Assembly: GCA_965240325.2 (NCBI GenBank)
Contig: OZ251232.1
Coordinates: 806,001 to 870,000 of the forward strand
Origin: Rebecca billardiae RCC1528
Taxonomy: Eukaryota; Protista; Haptophyta
Length of the DNA: 64,000 nt
Direction: 5' to 3'
Made by a program: the position numbers and the translations under genes. This document shows, piece after piece, positions 35,785 to 46,106 of the stretch. Every line of letters starts with the position of its first letter. Positions within the stretch are counted from its first letter, which is position 1. The notes beneath the pieces are model-generated. The model did no database searches. It was not told where the DNA came from and saw only the letters and a program-made list of their open reading frames with translations.

Positions 35785-36975
35785 ATGCACGGCGTCGTTC
35801 GCGTGCGCATCGTGCAGGAGGGGAGGGGCGTCCGAGTGAGTGTGCAGAGCGAGCAGCGCAGAGCTCGCGTGGCATGGGTCACGCTCATCACAACGGACTC
35901 CTACGCTCGGGGCGTCGCCTGCTTGGCCCGCTCACTCGTCGACGTCGGCTCGGCGCACGAGCTCATCGTGATGTGCGGCGGTGAGCTGACTGCTGAGACG
36001 ATGACGCAGCTCTCGCGGGAGGTATGCACCGTGCGCCGCGTGGAGCCCTTTGATCCGTTCGCGGACGATTCGCACGCGCGCAAAGCCTACGCGTCGGAGC
36101 GCTTCGGGGATTGCTGGACGAAGCTGCGGCTCTTTGAGTGGACCGAGTATGATCGCATCGCCTTCCTCGATGCAGACATGTGCCTCACGCGGAACATGGA
36201 CGCGCTGCTCGCCGACGCCGAGCTCCCAAGCGATGGGCTACTCGCCGTGCAAGAGTGCACCTGCTTCCGCAAGGACCACGCGCGCCGGGAGTGCTGCCCC
36301 TACCTGCCGCCCAGTGGATGGGCGCGACACATTGTGGACGATGGCCGTGTCGTACGCGCGGTGCGCCCTGGGGTCGGCGCGTACTTCAATGCGGGGCTCC
36401 TGGTCTTCTCGCCATCGCGCAGTACGTTTCGCGCCTTCGAACGCACCCTGAGCACCACGCTTCCTTCGGACTTCAGGTTCGCCGAGCAGGACTTTCTGAA
36501 CGACTTCTTTCGAGACCGGTGGCGCGCACTGCCCTACACGTTCAACGCGATGAAGTGCTTCTTTGGCCACCATCGACGCGACGGCCTGTGGTCGACGGCG
36601 GACGTGCGGAACGTGCACTACACGCACGCCAAGCCGTGGTGCCTCACCGCCAACCACAAGGGGTACGGCCGGCTCAATCGGCTGTGGTGGTCAACCTACC
36701 TCCGGCATGACCCAAAGCTGTCAGGTGGAACGCTGCAGCGCATGATGCTCGTGATGCTGATCAAGGCGAAGCGCAGCGGCAACGCCACCGAACGGCAGGC
36801 AGAGCTGGCTGGCGGTGGCGAGGTCGAGGATGACGACGCAATCAGCAGCAGTAGCAGTGGCGACGATTTTGAGGTCGGCGACGACAACACGAAAAGCAGC
36901 AGTACGATGGACGCGCATCGCGGACGTGGCACAGGCCTCACAGACAGGGCGCGGACCGTCGGCCCGAGGCCGTGA
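35785..36975 (+). CDS. Glycosyltransferase family 8 (galactinol synthase/glycogenin-like)
   Basis: WTKLRLFEWTEYDRIAFLDADM (DxD), YFNAGLLVFSPS, FAEQDFLNDFF, VHYTHAKPW. Confidence 0.9.
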   Translation: MHGVVRVRIVQEGRGVRVSVQSEQRRARVAWVTLITTDSYARGVACLARSLVDVGSAHELIVMCGGELTAETMTQLSREVCTVRRVEPFDPFADDSHARKAYASERFGDCWTKLRLFEWTEYDRIAFLDADMCLTRNMDALLADAELPSDGLLAVQECTCFRKDHARRECCPYLPPSGWARHIVDDGRVVRAVRPGVGAYFNAGLLVFSPSRSTFRAFERTLSTTLPSDFRFAEQDFLNDFFRDRWRALPYTFNAMKCFFGHHRRDGLWSTADVRNVHYTHAKPWCLTANHKGYGRLNRLWWSTYLRHDPKLSGGTLQRMMLVMLIKAKRSGNATERQAELAGGGEVEDDDAISSSSSGDDFEVGDDNTKSSSTMDAHRGRGTGLTDRARTVGPRP

Positions 36976-37348
36976 GCACGGACTCGTCGGAGCTGTGACG
37001 AGCCTTACACTGCCTAGGTGCATTTAAAAATGATTAACTGATTCATCATCGTCGCGGAAGCTGCTGAGCGCGGAGTCGCCGACGATCACGATGCGGGACG
37101 GCGGTGCACGTGCCCTTGGTCGAGCAGGCTGGCGCTGGCCGGTCGGAATGCGCGTGCTGGCCATTGTCGATAGAGGACTAGAGGTCTTTCCCCTTCAACG
37201 CATCACCAGATGCCCCCGCGCCCGGTCTCGACGGTGCGCCGCCGGCGCCGTTCAGCCCGAGCGCACCCAGGCGAGGGTCGCCAGCGGCAGCGTCTGCGCG
37301 CGCACGCCCAGCGGGCGATGGTGGTGCGGCTTCAGGCGAGCGCATCAA

Positions 37349-38880
37349 TCAGCCCATGGCCTGCACCGACGAGACGGCTTGCACATCACGCTTGGCGAAT
37401 CGCCCGCGGAAGCCCGGCGAGACGTTGATGTAGCTGCTGATCGCGCCGCCATCCACATTCTGCGCAGACGAAGGCCAGGCATGGGGGGGGCGGGACGCCA
37501 CGGTGAGGCAGGCGGCGTGGTGATGGACGTGCGCAGTGAGGCGGGCGCACGCGCGCAGCTTCATGCGCGGCGTCACGCGCGGCGTCACGCGCGGCGCACC
37601 CTAGGCGCGGCGGCCGTGTCGAGCGAATGGCGCGGCGCGCGGTCTGCGCGCTCGTCTGCCCGCAGCTGCGCGGCGGCGACGAGCTGCGTGAGTCCGCCAG
37701 AGTTGGGCACGTCTGCTGCGTTGGGCTCGGACACCGGTGGTGTCTCCATCGCCTCGCCGCTGCCGCGCATCTCCTGGTCCTGCTGCTGCTGCATCGGCAT
37801 CGCCGACTGCGAGTGCTGCTGCATGGAGTGCTGCATCTGCGGCGGCGGCAGCGTCTTCGTCACCAGCGCGGCCGAGTGCGACGGCATGCCCATGCTCGCC
37901 TGCATCAGCGAGTCTGGCTGCGAGGACATGGGCTGCTGCCCGTGCTGCTGCGGCGGCTGCGCCTGCATGCGCATCTGCACGTAGAGCGGCTGGTTCAGCG
38001 ACGCGTCGGGCACGGGAAACGCGCCGTGCTCGGGGACGCTCGGCGGATGCATCATGTGCACGTGCTGCGGCGGCTGCGAGAGCTGCATGTGCGGCGAGCC
38101 CATGGGCGGCACGCCCATGTGCATCGGGTGCTGCTGCGGCTGCATGTGCGGCTGCATCCGCGGTGAGCCCGCCTGAAGCTGCTGTTGTAGGTGCGCCGCG
38201 TGCTGCATGGGCGGCGAGCCCGCCTGGAGCTGCTGCTGCAGGTGCGCCGCGTGCTGCATCTGCGGCGAGCCCGCCGCGTGCTGCTGCTGCAGGTGCGCCG
38301 CGTGCTGCATCTGCGGCGAGCCCGCCTGGAGCTGCTGCTGCAAGTGCGCCGCGTGCTGCATCTGCGGCGAGCCCGCCGCGTGCTGCTGCTGCAGGTGCGC
38401 CGCGTGCTGCATGGGCGGCGAGCCCGCCGGGTGTTGCTGCTGCAGGTGCGCCGCGTGCGGGATCGCCGGCGAGCTTGCGAGCTGCAGCTGCTGCGCGTGC
38501 GCGTTCGCCGCGTTCGCCGCGGACACGGCCTCCAGGTGCGCGATCACCTGGTTGAGCCGCGAGTTGCTCGCCTGCAGCCCCTCCTCGAGGAATTCGACAC
38601 GGCGAGTCAGCGCCTCGTTGAGCGCCTTGAGCTCGAGGACCTTGCGCTGCGTCGCCTGTGCGTCGTGCTCGTCGCCCGCATACGCCATGGGCTGGTCATG
38701 GTCTCGCCGGCCGACGACGGCGCCGCCGAGCACGTGCGCGCCGGGTCCGTTCACCGTCGTGGGCAGGTTGGCCGCCCCCGTGCACGCGAGGGCCTTGACC
38801 TGCGACTCGAGCTGCTGCATGCGATCCATGATCTTCGCCTGCTGCGCCGGGTCTGCTCCCATCGTCGCCATCGAGTACAT
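37349..38880 (-). CDS. Coiled-coil, Gln/His/Pro-rich protein with 17-aa tandem repeats; exons 38880-37600 and 37459-37349
   Basis: 431-aa ORF plus a predicted phase-0 GT-AG intron 37460-37599 adding NVDGGAISSYINV...AMG. Confidence 0.7.
38164..38470 (-). repeat. Coding minisatellite, ~6 x 51 bp (AGSPxMQHAAHLQQQxx)
   Basis: Repeats visible in both DNA and translation. Confidence 0.9.
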
Positions 38881-39475
38881 GGCCGCCGCCGGGGGCGCCC
38901 TTCGCTACGGCTGAGCCACCCTGCTTGTTCGACGTCCTCCGGTTTGGGCCCCTCCCCTCGGCTTGGTCTGGCCACTAATCTGGAGAGTCGCATCTTGGGG
39001 CTCCGACCCGAGCAGATCTAGAAGCACGCGGAAACGTGATCTCCTCGTTGAGCTCGCCCGGGCCGGGTGGACCAAGGATAAGTCGTTCACCCAGCGGGGT
39101 ATACGGCTAAAAAGGGCTGAGAGTATCCCACATATAATCTGCGCTTCGAGGCGATATCCTCAAGCCTTGATCGGTTCTTTCCTTGATGACTGATTATTGA
39201 CTGGTCGCACCTCCCGCCAATATGGGTATTGGGTGTGAAAGTGTGAACCGCGCGGTCGCCCGACACAATAGTAATTGGTTACGGGTACAATACCCGTTTC
39301 TCGAGAGTGACCGCCCTGACTGGTTGCTCAACTCTTTGGGCGAAAGTTCCATCAACGAAACGAAGTTTCTTTGATATGGGTAGCTGGGTCATTATTGAAC
39401 ATTTGCATCACATTGTCACATAAAATATGAACACCCATAATCATTGATTCCTTTGATCACGGCGGTATTTCAGCT

Positions 39476-42163
39476 GAGTCCACTCCACCGAAATCGCGGG
39501 TCTGCCCGGCCTCCTCGCTCTCCAAATGCCCGGGGGGGGGCCGGGCAGATTGCGCGCGTGCCCGGCCTCCGTGCATGCACGCGGCGTGCGCGGAGATCAT
39601 ACGGCGATCGCCCGAGATCATAAGTCGCGTGCGCGGGCCGCCCTCCCGCGGGGTGCGCGCGCGTGTTCGCACCCTGGCCGCCCGCATCGCCCGCGGCAGG
39701 CCGTCGCGCGCGCTCGCGGGCGGGCGCTAGGGTGCCCGGAACCCGATCGCGCTGTCGGTTCGCGCCCGCGCGCCTTCCGCCGCCGCCGCGGCCCGCCGGA
39801 ACGCCCGCAACGCACTGCCTGTATGGCCCGGTGAAAGCGCGGCCGCGTGGCGAGGCGAGGACGGCGATGTCAGGGCGGCGCACGTGCGTGTGACGTGTCT
39901 CGTGCGGTACTCTCGTCGACGGACCAGCGTCACGCGCGCCGCGGCTCCCGTTCCGACCACGCGCCGCGCGCGTGCCGCTCGGCGCGGCTGAGCCACTGCT
40001 CTGACGGCTCGTCGGTCAGCGCGGCCAAGTCGCACCCGCGACGGGCAGACGAGGCCGCGCGCCGGCTCCACGGGCGCAGGACTACGCGCGCTATCCTCCC
40101 TCCGCGAGGCGTAGGCGGCTGCGCCTCGAGACTGCCGCCGCGGCCGTGCCGCGCCCGAGCGTGTGATCAGACGGCACCGCGGGCACGTACCAGCAGTGGG
40201 ACGCGGCGCGCGGCGCGGCGCGTCGAGCGGAGTCACGCGGACGGCACGGCGACGACCCGTGACGGGCAGACGAGGCCGTGTTCTTCGGGCGCATATCTGC
40301 ACGCGCTAGCCTCCTTCCGCGAGGGGTAGGCGGCTGCGCCTCGAGACTGCCGCCGCGGCCATGCCGCGCCTGAGCGTGTGATCGGACGGCACCGCGGGCT
40401 ACACTTAGCACTACGGCCACCTCATGGCGATGGCTGGCCAGGTAGTGCGGCACGTCCATGCCTCCGGATGGGCATCGAGCGGTGGCGTGGTCGCCGAACC
40501 GCGTGGCGTAGTCCCAGAGCAGGTTGCTATCGGCCCTGATAAGTCCAGCGCTAGCCAGCATGTCCGTCGATGACGGCCGCGCTGTTGTCAAATGTCAGTC
40601 GCGACACACGTATTTGCAGCATCGCTCAGCGGCAGCTGTCTGACGCAGTCGCACGACTACTGCGCAGCCAACCTTGCTCGTCAGACGCACGGCGTGTGGA
40701 GTGAGACGGAACAGCGACAGTTCGGCATCCTCGCACGACATGCCTGAGAGTTCAGCATTCAGAAGGGTGACCCTGGCCCCTACTTGCCCATCCTTCCCAT
40801 GCTGCTCAGCTTTACGCGCGCCGGTCGCACGAGCCCGAGGACGTGGACGTGGACGTGAGAGTGGTCGAAAAGTTTGAAGGGAAGTTGTCACTCATGACCA
40901 CGCGCTCGTACGGCCACGCCAACCTGCCTACGCCTCACCCCGGTGACCCGGCCGTGGCGCGCGGTGGGACGGGCATTCACGCCCACCATGGCTTCCCTTC
41001 AAACTTCATCTGGACCCACGTACTGTACAATAGATGCTAGCGCAGTGCCGGCAGTGGGCCGCGGCGTGTGGCGCTGCTCGTCGAGTGGAGTCATGCGGAC
41101 GGCACAGCGACTAACAACATGCGTCGTCTCTCGAGTGTTGGTAGCTCTACAGATGAGCACGTGATTCCACACATCGCTAGGCTGAAAGTCGTGTTGGCCT
41201 GTGAGCTGGTTGGCTGCCAGTCTGTGTCACAGCAAGCCCGCGCGCCTGACAGGTGCTGGGCTGCAGGCTGGAGTCAAGAGAGCAAGTCATTTGCGACGCG
41301 TGCGTGACTGACTTCGTGCTGCAGGGACACGCAACGCGGAGCAAGCGCTACGGGCCAGACTCTTGCCCGAGGAGTGCGTCGGATCGTCGCCGTGCCGTCC
41401 GCGTGACTCCGCTCGACGCGCCGCGCCGCGCGCCGCGTCCCACTGCTGGTACGTGCCCGCGGTGCCGTCTGATCACACGCTCGGGCGCGGCACGGCCGCG
41501 GCGGCAGTCTCGAGGCGCAGCCGCCTACGCCTCGCGGAGGGAGGATAGCGCGCGTAGTCCTGCGCCCGTGGAGCCGGCGCGCGGCCTCGTCTGCCCGTCG
41601 CGGGTGCGACTTGGCCGCGCTGACCGACGAGCCGTCAGAGCAGTGGCTCAGCCGCGCCGAGCGGCACGCGCGCGGCGCGTGGTCGGAACGGGAGCCGCGG
41701 CGCGCGTGACGCTGGTCCGTCGACGAGAGTACCGCACGAGACACGTCACACGCACGTGCGCCGCCCTGACATCGCCGTCCTCGCCTCGCCACGCGGCCGC
41801 GCTTTCACCGGGCCATACAGGCAGTGCGTTGCGGGCGTTCCGGCGGGCCGCGGCGGCGGCGGAAGGCGCGCGGGCGCGAACCGACAGCGCGATCGGGTTC
41901 CGGGCACCCTAGCGCCCGCCCGCGAGCGCGCGCGACGGCCTGCCGCGGGCGATGCGGGCGGCCAGGGTGCGAACACGCGCGCGCACCCCGCGGTAGGGCG
42001 GCCCGCGCACGCGACTTATGATCTCGGGCGATCGCCGTATGATCTCCGCGCACGCCGCGTGCATGCACGGAGGCCGGGCACGCGCGCAATCTGCCCGGCC
42101 CCCCCCCGGGCATTTGGAGAGCGAGGAGGCCGGGCAGACCCGCGATTTCGGTGGAGTGGACTC
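39476..42163. mobile_element. Foldback-type element, 2688 bp, 780-bp TIRs, 5-bp TSD CAGCT
   Basis: 39476-40255 is the reverse complement of 41384-42163 (one mismatch noticed by eye). Ends GAGTCC/GGACTC; CAGCT at 39471-75 and 42164-68. Confidence 0.9.
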
Positions 42164-42273
42164 CAGCTGCTCACTAGCTGGTGATGAAAAAAAGCACACT
42201 GACGTCATCGTACCTCACGGATACAAATGCTTCCGGATCCCCCCCATCACGAGTACCCTGCCAAAGTTAGCGC

Positions 42274-44802
42274 TCACTCGGCGCCGCGCCCAAAGTACAC
42301 GTTGGCGACGAGCGCGCCGCGCCGAATGTGCACGCCGATGTCACAGCCGCGCGGGCCGCACAGCGCGGCGGAGATGTTGTCCGCGCGCGCCGCGAGCTCG
42401 GCGCTCGGCCGAAAGAGCCAGCCGATCAGCGCTCGCAGCCCGGCCCCGCCAAACCCGACGTGCGCGCCGTACCACGCGCGGAAGTGCTGGTTCGCCGCGA
42501 GGTGGAGCACGTTGGGCGCGGCCGTCGGGAGCGGCATGCAGATCTCGTCGTCGCCGTCGCACCCGCCCGCCGCGAGCAGATCCGTGCACAGCGCCTGCTC
42601 GGCCGGGAGCCACTCGGTGGAGCGGCGCATCGGACCGCCGACGCGCGCGAGCACGCGCGCGCGCACGGCTTCGGGCAGCGAGCGCACGTCGGCGGCGAAC
42701 GGGAGCTCGAGCCCCGGCGCCCACGAGCCGTCGATGACGACCGCGCGGCCCGACGCCATCGCGAGCAGCGCGTGGGCCAGGAGGCTGATCGCGCGATTCG
42801 CCAGGTTGTAGCAGTAGCACACGCCGACGAGCAGGCGGCGCCCGCCCGGCGGCTCGTCCGCGCCCGTCATGCGCGCGTGCAGCGCCTCGTACTCCGCCAC
42901 GAGCCGCTCGACGCGCGCCACCTCCTCCGCCTCCGCCCCCGCCCCCGCCCCCGCCTCGGCGTCGGCGTCGGCGGCGCCATCCGGCTCGGCGGGCTCGGCA
43001 CCCTCGCCGGCGCCGCGCTCGGCGCGGCCCCCGTCCGCGCCGCCCGGCGAGCCGTCCGGAGCGCCGAGGCTCAGCGCCGCCTGGAGCGAGCGCTGCGCCT
43101 CCGCCGCCGCGCGCGCCGCGGCACTGCTGTCGCCGAGCACGCGCACGCCGCGCGAGGCGCGCCCGTCGGCCTCGCCGCCCACGTCCGCGAGCGCGCGCAG
43201 CATCGGCCCGTCCGCGCACGAGACGGCCGCCGCGTGCTCGCGCGTGAACGAGTAGTGCGGGCGCGCGGCCGGCGGCAGCGCGCTCGCGTGCATGCCGCCG
43301 AGCGGCGACGCGGCGCGCGCGCACGCCTCGAAGCGGTTCGGGTAGACCACGTAATGCCGCAGCGGCGGCGCGGCCGAGGCGGGCCGTCCGGCGGCCGCGG
43401 CGCGCGCCGCCGTGCCGTGCTGCAGCCCGGCGGCGAGCGCGGTGAAGGTGGAGAGGTGTGTGCCGACCAGGTGGCGCGTGCGAGCGAGGAGCAGCAGCTC
43501 GAGCACGGCGTCCTGCTGCTGCGCGCGCGCGCCCACGGCCTCGCGATGCCCGTCGATGCGCGTGCGCACCTCGCTGTTCCACACACCGCGCCGCCCGAGC
43601 AGCGCGCGCACGTGCTCGCCCGCCGCCGTGCTGTCCGAGCCGACAAAGACGTGGTGCTCGTCGGGCAGGCCGTGCGCGGCGGCGACGTCGCGCGCGCAGG
43701 CGGCGTAGATGTCGAGCTCGGGCGTGATCGCGCTCGCGTGGCTGTCCGCCGCCTGCTGCGCGCGCGCGGCGAGGCTGCGCGGCTGCACCGCCGAGAGCGA
43801 CTCCGCCTCAGCGATGAGCGCCCGCACGCGCTCCGCCTCCGCCGCCGCGCCCTCCCACAGCGCGCCGTCGAGCTGCTCGTGCGCCTTGAGCAGCCAGCTG
43901 GCCGCTTGGTCCGGCCACGCCGCGCGCAGGTGGAGCCCGCCCGTGCGCGCGTGCATCGTCGCCACGTGCCCCGTCCGCGCAAACAGCGCCTTCCGCTCCT
44001 CCCCGGCCACGGCCCGCACGTCCCCCGGGCATTCGGGCGCACCTGCAACGTGCTCGTACACGTCAGCGGCAACCTCGACCTCGCCCGCGTCGGCAAACAT
44101 GCGGCCGGCCATCACGAGCGAGGAGAACTCGCCGCGCGCGTAGACGGTCTTGACGCCGCGCATCTGCGCCAGCTTCAGCGCGTCTTCCACCCGCGGCGGG
44201 CAGCGCGCCGAGGTCGCGCGCACCAAGTAGGCCTGAGCGAGCGCGCGCGCGCGCTCCTCCTGCAGCCGTGCGACCACCGCCTCGCTGGGCGGGTCGGCGG
44301 CGCGCGTGAGCGGCGCGGCGAGGGCGTCGGCAAGGCGTAGCAGCTCGTCCAAGTGGGGGCCGAACGCCGCGCCCGTCGTCGGCGTCCGGTCGAGCAGGCC
44401 GGCGGCCTCGACGTCGGCGGGCAGCTTCGGGCAGCAGCTCGCCACGCGCACGAGGCCGAGGACCGTCGTGCGCAGCGGCAGCAGGAGGTTCTCGAGCGGG
44501 ACGGCTGCGCACGTGCGTGCACGCTCGGGGTACTCGACCACCCACGCGCAGTAGCCCGCGGCCTCCGCCCTCGGGTCGGGCTCGATCAAAAACTCGGCCA
44601 GCTCGGAGCCGAACAGCGCATGCACGCTCGTGTTGCACGTGCGCAGGTACGCTGTGGCCACGCGCAGGAGCTGGGCGTGCTCCTCGCCAAATGGCGCGGG
44701 CACCTGCGCGCCGGAGGCGTCGAGCACGACGCGGTCCTCCGTCTGCGCCAAGCCCGCCCACACGAGCGCGAGCAGAGTGAGCACGCGCGCCCTCGTCGCC
44801 AT
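42274..44802 (-). CDS. Secreted TPR-like + GT-B fucosyltransferase-like (GT37/GT23-type) protein with permuted motif order
   Basis: Signal peptide; helical TPR-like region; VFVGSD and ELLLLARTRHLVGTHLSTF precede YNLANRAISLL and LFRPS...IGVHIRRG. Confidence 0.7.
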   Translation of the reverse strand: MATRARVLTLLALVWAGLAQTEDRVVLDASGAQVPAPFGEEHAQLLRVATAYLRTCNTSVHALFGSELAEFLIEPDPRAEAAGYCAWVVEYPERARTCAAVPLENLLLPLRTTVLGLVRVASCCPKLPADVEAAGLLDRTPTTGAAFGPHLDELLRLADALAAPLTRAADPPSEAVVARLQEERARALAQAYLVRATSARCPPRVEDALKLAQMRGVKTVYARGEFSSLVMAGRMFADAGEVEVAADVYEHVAGAPECPGDVRAVAGEERKALFARTGHVATMHARTGGLHLRAAWPDQAASWLLKAHEQLDGALWEGAAAEAERVRALIAEAESLSAVQPRSLAARAQQAADSHASAITPELDIYAACARDVAAAHGLPDEHHVFVGSDSTAAGEHVRALLGRRGVWNSEVRTRIDGHREAVGARAQQQDAVLELLLLARTRHLVGTHLSTFTALAAGLQHGTAARAAAAGRPASAAPPLRHYVVYPNRFEACARAASPLGGMHASALPPAARPHYSFTREHAAAVSCADGPMLRALADVGGEADGRASRGVRVLGDSSAAARAAAEAQRSLQAALSLGAPDGSPGGADGGRAERGAGEGAEPAEPDGAADADAEAGAGAGAEAEEVARVERLVAEYEALHARMTGADEPPGGRRLLVGVCYCYNLANRAISLLAHALLAMASGRAVVIDGSWAPGLELPFAADVRSLPEAVRARVLARVGGPMRRSTEWLPAEQALCTDLLAAGGCDGDDEICMPLPTAAPNVLHLAANQHFRAWYGAHVGFGGAGLRALIGWLFRPSAELAARADNISAALCGPRGCDIGVHIRRGALVANVYFGRGAE

Positions 44803-44890
44803 TCTCGCCGGTCGTCAAGCCGCTCGAGTCCGGAGGAAGCCTGATCTGACAAGAAAATTGAAAACTGAGATCGCGAAGACGATGATCAAC

Positions 44891-46002
44891 CAAGGGTGTC
44901 CAGGGTCCGCAACAGCCAGTGCGCAGCGCGGCAGAGGCTGTGACATCGCGAGGTCGCCGCTCGCCAGTGGGACTCGCCCGCCCGCCGCCGTGCACGGCGG
45001 CGGAGCCGCTCGCGCCGTGCGCTCCTGCGGCCGTCGGATCGGGCTGCGTAGGCGGCGCGCGGCTTGGGCCGTCGCTGAGCCACCCAGCGCCCCTCGCTGC
45101 GCCGCGCGCCTTCCTCGTCCTCGCCTCCTCCGCGCCTTGAAGCAGCACGCACACGCGCGGCGCCGCCACAAAAGCAGCGCAGGCGCTCGCGTGCAAGCGC
45201 GCGCGCGCAGCGCGCGACGGGCTCGACTCAGGGCTCGCGCCGCTGCGGGGGCATGCAGCACCATCACATGCGCGCGCGACGCCACCTCGAGCCTGCGCGT
45301 TTGACCGTCAGTGCACGCTGATGCACGTTACAAAATGGTCTGACTTGGCATCATCACACGTGCGACGGAAGCTTCCACAACGGGCCTTGAGTACGTCGAC
45401 GCGATCGATGCGGGGACGGTTATGCTTGCGTGCGCTTCTCTTGTGGTCTCCACGCTTGCTGAGAAGCGCCGCGTACGTAGCTGTCATCGTGTCTTGCCTA
45501 AGAAGTCGTCCTGACGCATGGCAGGTTCTGGTCAGATTGGGCCTACTTCAACACGAGGACGTGTGAGCATTTGGCGCGTGACGGTCACAGCGATGCGCAA
45601 GTTCGAGGTGGCGTCGCGCGCACATGTGATGGTGCTGCATGCCCCCGCAGCGGCGCGAGCCCTGAGTCGAGCCCGTCGCGCGCTGCGCGCGCGCGCTTGC
45701 ACGCGAGCGCCTGCGCTGCTTTTGTGGCGGCGCCGCGCGTGTGCGTGCTGCTTCAAGGCGCGGAGGAGGCGAGGACGAGGAAGGCGCGCGGCGCAGCGAG
45801 GGGCGCTGGGTGGCTCAGCGACGGCCCAAGCCGCGCGCCGCCTACGCAGCCCGATCCGACGGCCGCAGGAGCGCACGGCGCGAGCGGCTCCGCCGCCGTG
45901 CACGGCGGCGGGCGGGCGAGTCCCACTGGCGAGCGGCGACCTCGCGATGTCACAGCCTCTGCCGCGCTGCGCACTGGCTGTTGCGGACCCTGGACACCCT
46001 TG
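44891..46002. mobile_element. Palindromic P-like non-autonomous element, 1112 bp, ~400-bp TIRs, 7-bp TSD GATCAAC
   Basis: 44891-45290 is the reverse complement of 45603-46002. Ends CAAGGG/CCCTTG; GATCAAC at 44884-90 and 46003-09. Confidence 0.92.
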
Positions 46003-46106
46003 GATCAACAATGATCAACATCGTGCTCTCGGTTGCTCAGTGGCAAAAGTCGACGCGAGTTGCCGAGCTTCGCGTCGTCGGCTCGGCCGGCCCAGTTTGC
46101 GCGGGC

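Noticed and set aside
39457-42208. Mirror-image ORF pairs (also 44815/45518 and 60525/61030)
   Set aside because: Artefacts of the inverted repeats, not duplicated genes.
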